From Saccostrea echinata (lineage: Eukaryota): a stretch of DNA of 64,000 bases. This document shows positions 11,051 to 22,394 of the stretch, piece by piece. Location of the stretch: positions 434,001 through 498,000 of the forward strand of contig NW_026889790.1 in NCBI RefSeq assembly GCF_033153115.1, read 5' to 3'. The first letter of the stretch is position 1. Each line of letters begins with the position of its first letter. Under the pieces are notes generated by a model. That model was not told where the DNA came from and did not search any database. It was given only the letters and a program-made list of their open reading frames with translations. The translations under genes and the position numbers were made by a program.

Positions 11051-12297
11051 CATTGTCCATCCGTCCGTCTGTAAACTTTTCACATTTTCAACTTCTTCTC
11101 AAGAACCACTGGGCCAATTTTAACCAAACTTTGTACAAAGCATCCTTGGGTGAAGGGGAGTTTAAATTCTTAAAATGAAGGGCCAAGTCCCCTTCAAAGG
11201 GGAGATAATCAAGAAAATACAAAAATTGGGTGGGGTCATTAAAAAATCTTCTTCTCAAGAACCACTGGGCCAGAAAAGCTGAAAATTATGTGAAAGCATC
11301 CTGGGGTAGTGTAGATTCTAAACTTTTCAAATCATGACCCCCAGGGGTAGGGCGGGGCCACAGTAGGGAATCCAAGTTTTACATTGAAATATGTAGTAAA
11401 AATCTTTATAAATCTTCCTCTCAAGAACCACTAGGCCAGAAAAGCTGAAACTTATGTGGAAGCATTCTGGGGTAGTGTAGATTCTAAATTGTTCAAATCA
11501 TGACCACTGGGAGTAGGGTGGGGCCACAATAGGGAATCCCAAGTTTTACATTGAAATATGCAGAAAAAATCTTTAAAAATCTTCTTCTCAAGAACCACTG
11601 GGCCAGAAAAGCTGAAACTTATGTGGAAGCATCCTGGGATAGTGTAAATTCTAATTGTTCAAATCATGACCCCTGGGGGTAGGGCAGGGCCACTATAAGT
11701 ACTACAAGGGGGGGGGGAGGGAGAAATCAGCTGAAAAACAGCAAGGCCAAAGTTACTCAGGTAAGCATTGTGGCCCATGGGCCTCTTGTTCCAATCTGAT
11801 GTCAACTTCATGTTCATCCGTGTGTCTGTCCGTAACAAATTTTCGTCACAGTTTTCTCAGCAACTACTCGTCACAGATCCTTGAAATTTTAGCACACTCT
11901 TTGTTTAGGCATGTCATACTGTGGGATTCATTGATTCCATTTTGTATGAATCCGATGTCAACTTCCTGTTTATCCGTGCGTCTGTCCATTACAAATTTTT
12001 GTCAGTTTTCTCAGCAACTGCTCAGTAGATTCTTGAAATTTTAGCACACTCTTTGTTTAGGCATGCCATATGGTGTCAACTTCCTGTTTATCCATCACGT
12101 CTGTCTGTAACAAATTTTCATCGCAGTTTTCTCAGCAACTGCTCAGAGCAGATGCTTGAAATTTTAGCACACTCTTTGTTTAGGCGTGCCAAATGGTGGG
12201 ATTCATTTTTGTATGAATTTGATGTCAACATGAGAGTGTATATTCACATCAGAGCAGGGGTATTACGAGTGAGCATTTGCTCACAGACTTATTGTTA
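10782..12297 (-). mobile_element. Composite of nested HINE/Helentron-type elements
   Basis: Hairpin aggtcacctgagtcattcaggtgacct at ~10787; a second family with repeats gaaattttagcacactctttgtttaggc at 10955, 11883, 12035 and 12158, split by the element at 11003-11790. Confidence 0.75.
11003..11790 (-). mobile_element. HINE with 166-167 bp tandem monomers (Cg170-like oyster satellite)
   Basis: Hairpin agctcacctgagctgaaagctcaagtgagct, GTCC microsatellite, agaaccact at 11258/11424/11591, terminus ggcccatgggcctcttgtt. Confidence 0.85.
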
Positions 12298-12976
12298 ATC
12301 ACTGTAAATAATGTAATTGATTGGTGAATTGAATAAAAGAATTATACAAGAATTTTTAATATATAATACAAAAATGTTCTTTCATAGTTTTTTTTATGGT
12401 CAGGTAGATGTAAATAAAAGATAAATAAAAATGAGACAAAAACACCTTATCTTTGTATATTAAATGTTCTTCAAAGACCAAGAAAAGCTAATGTAATGTG
12501 CTCAAGCAATACTGATTTGTTTAAATCTCTATGATGATAGTGACAAATGGGGGTGTATTAGTACTGGCAAATACAGGCAAGGAAATAGATCTGCTTAATA
12601 TAATTTGTTATGAGCACTAGACTAATTTGTTGATCCCTGACCATTCCTTTTGGGCATTATATCTTCATCTATCAGTGTTTGTTTTATTTTATACTTCTTT
12701 GGATCCTTTCAGTGTTTATATTATACTCAGGTGACTATTAAGACCTTTGGGCCTCTTGTACATTCATTTCTAGATGTTTACATCTGAATGCAAATATTGC
12801 CAAGTGAAAGGTCAAGCACCTAATGTGCATGTCAGTTTACCATGGCTGTCATTGTATCTGGCGTCAGTGGGCGGGGATTGTGGAAATAAACATGGAATGC
12901 CTCTTGTATTTCATATCTATTAGACAGCATGTTTGATGTATATTTTTTCACATATAATCTTGCCCTAATTTAAATG

Positions 12977-13141
12977 TAAGGAATCACTTTCTAGTTTGTT
13001 GGGTATGCCAGGGATATTAACAGCAGTTGGAAACATGGGATAATTTATGCAGGAGGGGCTTTACCCATTATGTAAATTATTCCATGTTTCCATCTGTTGT
13101 TTATGCCCTAGCATACCAACAAACTAGACAGTGACTCCTTA
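12977..13141. mobile_element. Fold-back (possibly Crypton-derived) element
   Basis: taaggaatcactttctagtttgttg ... caacaaactagacagtgactcctta; inverted over most of its length. Confidence 0.7.
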
Positions 13142-13232
13142 AATATATTTTAGTGACTATGAATCAATTCTGATGGGTATTTGTAAACATATGTACATGT
13201 ATAAAATTCAGTGAATGTTTTTTTTTTTTCAG

Positions 13233-13262
13233 TCAGACTGTGTGGAGCACTTAGACTTATGA
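13233..13262 (+). CDS. Cys-rich protein, probable last exon
   Basis: Long T-tract CAG acceptor; phase 0 SDCVEHLDL*; gives an even count of 10 Cys in the mature chain; AATAAA follows. An alternative last exon is 12774-12923. Confidence 0.55.
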   Translation, partial: SDCVEHLDL

Positions 13263-13597
13263 ATGAGACAGATGAAATAAAGAGATGATGAACATTTTCA
13301 TGAAGTTTAAACTTAAAAGATTCTCATAAATGCTGATGTTGAGCAAGTTTTTTTTTTTTTTTTTTAATTTCATATGTGTGCTCTAATGAGACAATACTTA
13401 CACATCTTCAATAATCCATTTTATCAAAATTTTAAAGTTTGAACTATATTACTTAAAAAATATTAAGGTCACAATGAACCAGGTACAACAACATTATTTT
13501 CTGGTTTCTACATCTTTTTACTGTTAACTTAATAGAAAGAAAATGATACGTTACAGTTATGTATTTGTGCCTTTGCACTAATATTTGATGCATTATA

Positions 13598-13764
13598 CAG
13601 TAAAACACGCTTATAGCTAACACACTTATAACGAATTACAACAAAATAATTTTCATTCCCTGTTACTTTGAAATATATTGTAAACTTAACGGATATGACA
13701 AATTACACTTATAACGAAGCAAAATCGTCCATCCCTGGAACTTCGTTAGAAGCGTGTTTTACAA
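13598..13764. mobile_element. Tc1/pogo-type MITE
   Basis: TA|CAGTAAAACACGCTT ... AAGCGTGTTTTAC TIR with a decayed right tip. Confidence 0.7.
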
Positions 13765-14192
13765 TTTTCTACATTATAAATTAACTATTCAGATAAAAAA
13801 AAATGCAGCTTCTTAATGTTTTGAATATGAATTTTTGTTGAATGTTATTTATATTTTAACATTATTATTTATTTTTTTAATTATATTTTTCTCTTCTTAT
13901 TTACATAATTATACACACACACACCATATATATAAAAGATTTTTTAGGGTTCCAGGAAATTTGTGCAATTAATATGAAAATATTTACATTTCCAAGTATT
14001 TTTCCTTAGGATTCTTTGCAAATTAGAAGGCTGTTCATTTTCCCATGAACTACCATGGATGAGCATGAATATATCCATTGTTACATCATAATACTGTACA
14101 TGACGTCAAAACTATAGTGCAAACTGTTTTGCTTTAAAAACGACAGTTGAATGGCGTTATTTGTGGTAACTCATCAGAAAATAATGTAAATA

Positions 14193-14355
14193 TAAGAAAT
14201 GAATTTAATTTTTGAAAATTCATGAGGTACATGAACTACAACGCTTCACGCCGGCATATTTATCATGAAGCGCTAGCGCGCTTCATGAAATATGCTGGCG
14301 TGAAGCGTCGTAGTTCATGTCCTCATGAATCTTCAAAAATTAAATTCATTTCTTA
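14193..14355. mobile_element. Fold-back (possibly Crypton-derived) element
   Basis: About 80-bp arms centred on gaagcgctagcgcgcttc. Confidence 0.75.
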
Positions 14356-15775
14356 AATATATAATGATTTATTTTGTATAATGTACATGTTATTTTCTCT
14401 GCATTGCTTTCTTTTTTTTTTTTTACTGTTATTAGTTTGGTGTATTAATGTTTAATAAAACTTAATATGTAAACATACATGTGACTTTTATTTATTTTTG
14501 ATTGAATGCAAAGGTAGACTTTGTCTTTTTACATGCCCTGTCAGTTGGTGCTTTGTTTGTTTAAGGCATTAAGTTACTTGATGAATTTAACTAATAAGTT
14601 GATATATTTAATAATAAACTTTGAATTAATTTTTTGCCTAACTGAATTACTTTAAGTCCAGCTCTCTCTCTCTCTCTCTCAGCTGTCTCTATCTGAAGGC
14701 AACTGTGGATTGCTGATTGATAGTAGAATTTTTTTCTTTTATTTTAAACAAATACTGGACACTTTCAAAGTTCAGACTAAGTTACAGATAAAAATACACA
14801 TGGGTTATAAGCAGCAAATTTAAACACTGACTGGGACCCTCTTCCAATCGATTCTTCTTAAACCTCGTAAGAAGTAAGTTAAAAAAAAAAAACGATAAGA
14901 GTGCAAGTTTTTATTTGTCTTTCTTTCTTTTTTTTTTTTTAATGACATATTAGTGTCAAGAATTATTATGAATAAGTTCAACTATGATTTAGTTTTATAA
15001 TTTTTTTTTTGAAAATTATTCAACACTTATCACTCAAACAATGCAAGGTATTTACAAGGTTGCGGACATAAGCACATAATTTACCAAGAGAACGAGGGGT
15101 TATTAAGGGATTCCCAGAAAACTAAGAATTTGTACAAATAGTTCTTCTCACAAAGTTGGAGATGAAATTCATTTCTTCGAGTGTCCAAAATATAATTTAC
15201 TTAGACATAACATGTATGACAGTATACAACAACATTGTTTAAAAAAAATAATAACTTCTTGATAATATGAACAAATTAATGTACAATGCACCGTCCCGTT
15301 GTATCTTTTGCAATTTAGTGGAATATATTTATTCAGTATATATGAAATGTGTATATATATATGTCTGTGTATACATGTACATATATCTCTGGCTTTTTGC
15401 ATTATGGTACACGGTGGTAGTTGTTTAAAACTTGATAATGTATATTTTAAAATTTTACATGTTAGCAATTATCTCAACTTATGAACCATGTGTAAATTGA
15501 TTAAGTATATTAAAATACTGATGTACATGTATACTACTATCACATTTGTTAATAATTATTATACTTATATGTACTGTATAATAATCAAGTACGTTTTATG
15601 CTCAAAAGGGTCCTATTTGGAATAATGTAGCGGGAGGTAACTCTTTCACTTAACCCGACAGGTGCAATGCGTATCTAATGAAGCGAGTCGACTCTGGCAT
15701 ATCGGTAAACAGACGCATATGATCGGCGTTCGAATGTAGTGGCGGTTTTATCATACAGGGTCCTCATAACAAACC

Positions 15776-16118
15776 ATGCCCAATCGCAGAGAAGAACACG
15801 GAATTCAAAAGCAGCAAACAGTGACATCGCGGTGCCTGGCCATTGTCTTGAAATTTGAAAATGGAGACAGGTGCGAGAGTGATGTGAAGGAAGAGGGTTT
15901 TAGTGGAAGAGATATTTTAGACGATTTTAAGCTGCGGAATAAGAGTTGTTATTGGAATCCAGCTTTGTTGGAAAGTATAAACAGTTTGGAATATTTGGGA
16001 TTTGTGTCTCCCTGTACATTACTAGTGGGAGGATCAGAACTTCACCTGGAGAACATCAGAACAGCCTGGGGGAGGCGAGTTTTAAATGACCCCTCGGATT
16101 TTAGTATTCAAAGCATAG
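15776..16118 (+). CDS. STOX1: Storkhead-box protein, coding exon 1
   Basis: YWNPALLESINSLEYLGFV...AWGRRVLNDPSDFSIQSIG resembles the STOX1 N-terminus (FWNARL...AWRRRALRPPRGFRIRAVG); G|GTGAGT donor, phase 1. Confidence 0.9.
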
Positions 16119-19100
16119 GTGAGTCAGGTATTTCAGCAGACGGCAAAGTATTACTGGCTGATTTGGACAGATGGGTGAAAGTGAAAAAGAATGAATTGTT
16201 TATACAGTTACAAAATTTTAATTGATTTTTAATTGACTGGTTAGATATTGATACATTTGGGACAGATGTTGCGTTGAAATTTTATTGGTCTCTTTCAAAG
16301 ATTGTTTATTTTAAAGTCTAGTCGATTGTCGTGCAAGAATTCAAACAGCTTAATCTGCATGACGAGAAACTTGTAATATTTCCCCGATGTATGGTAAGAA
16401 GACTTTCGAATTTTGCATTAGACTGGTCACTGTAAATTACATGAATGTAGCTTCCAGCAATTTTAACGGAATGATTTATTACGGTACATAAGAAGAAAGA
16501 CTCGGAAATAGTAATTAACACCTGAGCTGTCAATTTTATGATTTCTCGGATAATCGGGTAAAGTTTCAAGTTTTACGGGGATTAAATGTTTAGAGACAAT
16601 TGAGAAAGGAGATTAAATAGATTCGATAGATAAGATTGTGTCATGATAGTAGTGTCGGAGTTGGCCAGGATTTGGTGGGATATCCTTTGTGTAGACTTTT
16701 TGCTCGTCTTGATTTTCTTTACTGATAAAGGTGTTTGAAAGTAAAGGGATTAAGATAGAATCAAATTATAGGATCTTACACAGAGAATATCTGTAATAAG
16801 CTAGTAATACCTGTCAGATACTAATAAATTATTTTTATCAAAAAACAGTGAATAATATTAACATCATTAATGTTTTTTAGTATATATGATGAACCCTGGA
16901 TTAAAAATTGGCTTATTACCATGATTACACAATTTAAATGGACTTTTGCAGAAAAAAGGGGTGTATTTATTGGGGGTATTAAATTGGGTTTCATTAAAAA
17001 GGATAATAGCATACCGTTATATCATTAAAAGTTAGGAAAAAATGCATTTAATTTAATAAACTTGGTCCAGTGATATACTATGTACCTGATGTACACTTAA
17101 CATCTTTTAGGAAATTTTGTATAGAAATTAATTTTAAAAACTAGCATTAATTTTAACCAAATAATTTTTAAAATGGGGTCTATATTTATATATTACAAAG
17201 TTTTACCTTTTACCATGTTCACTGTCTACATACAGGATATTTTTATTTAAGGACAGAGGATACGTTCCTCAATAATATATAATTTTTTCTTAGATTTTGT
17301 CATTGAAATATTGCTATTTTAGCATGTTTACTCGCAAAAAATTGAGGTACCTTACCAGGCATTTGTGCAAGATACTGGAGGATGTTGTTTCCTATAAAAT
17401 CCTCTTGGGATAAAACTTAATTTGCCAATATCACATTTTTTAGGGTTTCAATTTTTTAAAGACAATTTGAAACAAGTTTAGTAATCAGAAGGTAATTAAA
17501 ATTTGGAATATTTTTCATACAATACAAAGATATACAAAACATATTTGAGAAACGTATCGTCTGACCTTAACTGTCTCAAACAAAGGTCAATTAAAGCATT
17601 TGATGAGACCAAGCCAATAAGGAGACTCCAAGCTTAATAGAATGATTAACAAGATCAATTAATTACAAGCCATACAGATAATGAGGAGACTGCTTTAGTA
17701 GAATACATGTCTAGTTTGACATGTTTGTTTATTGTAAACAAATAGTTGTGGGATATTGTGCAGAGATTTGTAATGATTATTAGTTTGACATAAAAACAAG
17801 TGTTACTATGCCAGGTGCCAGAAAATTCAACACCCCGGGCCCTGAACACTTTAACACCTCATAGTTTTCTCTGTTTATAAAGGAATTGTTGGAAAATTGC
17901 TGGTCATTTATGAAGAAGTCAAAAAACTGTTAACTGGAATTTAGGAAACAATAGAATAAGGGAATGTTCTTTCAGGGTAGGTAAATAACATATTAATTTA
18001 TTTGTTTAATTTTGACAGTTTGTTTTATGTAGAATAGATTCCAATGCTACTTTTTTCATGATGTGAATGTAAACTGTTATAAACTATTTTAATTATATGT
18101 CAAACACCTTGAAGACATATCAATTAAAATTAAAAATGAAAGAATTCTTTGGAAATTGCTTTAAATACCTGTTACTTTTAAGTTAGGGATTAGTACTAAT
18201 TGCACAAGAAACCTTCAGTAGCTGGCTTAGTCAGTGAAATAGAAATTGATTTTCAATAACAATTAGGGGTTTTGCATCCTATTGTGTATAAGACAGAGTG
18301 ATAGCTGTTAGTGACCTTTGATTGGGCCCCATGCTGACCCTTAATGAAGAGGGCCCCTTGACCCCCTGATGGGAGGGAGAAAAGGGAAGTGGTGGAGTGG
18401 TCAGTTTCCTCTTGTATTGTGACACATTTCTATTTTACATACATTTCTATTATTTGTGAGTTTTCCTCTGCATATGTTATAAGCAGCTGTAGAAGAAAAG
18501 AAAACTTTGGTTGTTTGTTAACACCTCTGTGTTTTTCCTCCAAATATCAACATTTGACAAGGTGAGTTTGGTCAGAATCACTCCAATATTGGTTTAAGTC
18601 TTTGTATTGTTTTACTTAGATTAGTTTACGGTGTGTCAGATCACTCAAGCTTTGGAAATCCATCCTTTTTCAATGCAGCTTCAGGGGAACTTCAGGCGAA
18701 ATTTTTTTGTTAATTGTTAAAATCTGATATTTATTGTTTTTTAAATTTTTTTTTTTCTCAATACATGTATTCTATTTATAGGGAAGTCATTTTTGATAGT
18801 AAGTTTATTATGTTACACATGTTTAATTCTTTTTTACTTTATTATTTTTTTTTTGTAATATTTTAAAAAGAAAGTTGCAGATCATTATAAAAATCCCAAG
18901 AAAAGTCAGAAAACCCAGGACAGGAAGTTTTTTTTATTGAACTGTTCTTTAGAGTGATAATCAGTGAGAAAACAGTTTTTAAAGGACCTTTTCTTTTCAT
19001 TCAAACCTAACGTGTACCTGTGAAGTAATATCACACTTACCTGATACAAGGTGACCCTGTTTGTTCAGAAATTATTTCTGTTCAAACAGTTTGGAGAAAA

Positions 19101-21826
19101 TTAAGTCTAATGTGTTAGCTTTTGTAAATAAGAGAAATATTGTAAAAACAGATCTATTTGAATTCAAATCTAAACTTTTTCCTCTTTCCTGTGTACTTCA
19201 TGACTCTACTGCTCTGCACTTTATGAGAGAGTTGACCAATGAATTAAACATTTCTGAGAGAGAGAGAGAGAATTTAGGTATCTGTATATTCAATATTAAG
19301 TGTAAATTGTTTCCTGAGATGTAAGGCTGCAGCCAACAGCTATAAGATAATGGACACAGCCAACCTATTGATTAGATCTATTGAAACCATAAATCTTGTA
19401 GATCAAAGAATTATCAGAGAATAGGCTATAAAAATAATCTTTATTCTGAGAAGGTGGAGGGGGAGTGATAAATATCTTCTGTAGCTGTGGTTATAACTCT
19501 AGCAGTAGTGTACAGTACGTAGCTCAGGGCCATGCATTAACAGAGACTTAACTTATTTAAAGGGGTCTAAGAGTGTCCAGTTTTAACAAAGGGTTTATTG
19601 TAGATCCGATCAGGGAGTAATTTATGAGTGGACATGATGTAGATCCTTGAGAAATGAGTGTGATGAATTCTGTAGATAATGGGATTAGGGGGGTGATACC
19701 ACTTCAGTAAAGGACCAGATCCTCCTTTGTTATTCAAGGGCCCCTTTAAAGGAAACTTTATATTGGTACCCTCTTTTTCTTTACCAGTTTCATATTTTCT
19801 GAAAATTAAATCATTTTAAGGTCACATTTCAAAAGTAAATCACTGATTCAATTGTTTAAGCTGTTGATTTTAGTTTTGCAAATGTCCATCTTGTACAAGA
19901 TTTTGAATGGATCTATTATCAGTCGTCCAAACAAGGTCCCACTTGGACAATTTCAGCAAGTGCCTAATGAATCGGTGGGGTGTCATAACTGTTCATAATT
20001 CCTTCTGTTAGTACCCCCTAATTATGTCAGACCCAGATGTAGTTCATGTCAAGGCTCCCTTAACAGAATCCTGAGTGATGTGAAAACTGACCCTGTTACC
20101 ACTAGGTGATGTAGTAACATCACATCCTCCACCTAATTAATAAAGCATTATAAAGGCCAGGGGATTTAGTATTGTAACCTCAACACCTTCACTTAGTGGA
20201 GAAAACCCCCAATAAACCCTCAGGGGTGTCCAACGCTTCTTAAAAAGGGGAGATAATTCACAGGTTTGTTGTGGGATTAAGTCAATTTTTTTTAGGTGTA
20301 TAGGCTTATAACAGTAATTTTGTACATGACAGGTTAGCAAAACTGGTAAAAAAAAATACAGTTATCAGAGCAGAGGAACCAGGTATTAATAAACAAAAGT
20401 TTAAAGTCATTGAATGGAGTAAAGATAGGTATTTTACTTGTACATGTGAGGGTTTCTGCATGGTAATATTGACATTTAAAACAATTTATTTGATAGGAAA
20501 CTGTTTTTCCAAGAGGACTGCTTGTTTCAAAATGATATATTAGAAAATTGTTGTCCAGTAAGTGTTTAAAGCTTGTAAAGATACACTGCTTTGTGAATTC
20601 CCAAGATGACATGTCACAAAGATGACAGTAAATGTATTTGTAAGGGGCTTCTTGTGAGATCCCCTGTTAAAACTTTTGATGTCATGTTTGGGTTGCTGGG
20701 ATACGATTCTGTGTCACGCCATTGAGCCCCGGAGTGAACTCTCTGTCTGCCTTGTAGTTTTTCTTTTGACCATGCGACAACATAATACTTATGGCACATA
20801 TCCTTGGAATAATTTTTCATTAAATATTCTAATTTACTTTCACTTTTGTTTTCACAGTAAATTGCTCTAGAGTATCACTAAAGTTAGTTTGCTTGTTCTT
20901 TAAAAAATCTTTTTTACTTATCATCTATAGCAGAGTGGAAAATAAATATAATTTAAGAGCTGATATTGGTTTCCGATTAACGAAAAACTTTCTAATAGGC
21001 ATACACCTAAATTGACTTTACCGTGATTATGGTTCTATTAAGATAACTAAATAAACATGAGTTTGGTAAATGTAAAATCATTTCTGTTTGCCAACCATCA
21101 ATATTCATATATCCTGACAGCTAAAAAGTGGCCATTGGCAGACATGCATCCGCAAGTTTAAAACAATTATAGGTCGTGACGTATTTCAGATATTGATAGG
21201 TCTACATACAAAGTACTTGGCAATCATTTATTGCAGAACATAAAACATTTGAAAGCATTCAGCATGCAACAGCAGTATTTGATTTGATGGCCATAAATTT
21301 TTAAATATCTGATTGTCTCGGCTGAATTTTTTTTTTTTTTTTTTTGGATACGAGATTGAATTTTATCAATGTTCCATAGATGTGATAAATGTATAGTCAT
21401 TATATAGTGATCGAGGTATTGAGCATTTGTTTCTTGTCCAGAATATTTGGAAGTCATTGGATGTGAAATTTGATGGCTTCCCACTTAATTGGGTCAGAAA
21501 ACCTGCTAAGTACTGCTATGTAAAAAGAAAAATATCAGGCCACTTTTGCATGTTTTGAGCATCAATTCTTTGTCAGTTTTCATAGCACAGTATACTTGAG
21601 CTTTTTAAAACTTTAAGTTATAATTAATATTTGGACATTTTACATGGATATTAATTCTGAAAAAGACGTAGCTTATTTAAGATGATGAAATTGTACAAAA
21701 AGAAAACTTTCATTATATCATTTTTTAAAAAGAGTCTAGAAAAAGATGGAGAGAGAGAGAGAGATTTTAAAAGAAACATGAAGGTAGAAGAAAATTAATA
21801 ATACACATTTACATGTTACTTTTTAG

Positions 21827-22057
21827 GTGACGTTGACGGTATAAATATGGAGGTAATACCACAGACACAGTTTGTTCCCCTGTCCGAGATCCTGTGTATG
21901 GTCATTCTGGAGCTGAATAACAAACAGGTTGTAGCGACATTAGACACAATACAGGAAAGGCTGAATCAATGTTACAAAGGCATGCAGATCCCCTCGCCAC
22001 CGCTGATCTATGACACGCTCGGTACACTCATCAGGGAAAGGAAAATTTTTCATACAG
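21827..22057 (+). CDS. STOX1: Storkhead-box protein exon 2 (winged-helix domain)
   Basis: GDVDGINMEVIPQTQFVPLSEILC...YDTLGTLIRERKIFHTG matches the Stork_head domain; AG/GT borders, 231 nt. Confidence 0.95.
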
Positions 22058-22316
22058 GTTTGTGTCCTTCTTAGATTTATTATTATTATAAGAATTTTCT
22101 TATAATTCCAGAATATTTATCATTTTTATTGAATTAACCTTCAGGAATATTGGATTTTTAAATAGTCAAATCAATGTAGCTAAGTCTTATAGACGGTCGT
22201 ACCATTCCTTGCTGTATTGTTATATTAAGTATGACTTGAATGAAAAATATAGCATTAAGTTTCTAAAAATTTGAAAAATGATAGATCATCTATTTGAATT
22301 AACGCTTAAAGATACT

Positions 22317-22320
<4 letters not shown>

Positions 22321-22390
<70 letters not shown>
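22321..22390. repeat. (TA)35 microsatellite
   Basis: Perfect dinucleotide run. Confidence 0.97.
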
Positions 22391-22394
<4 letters not shown>

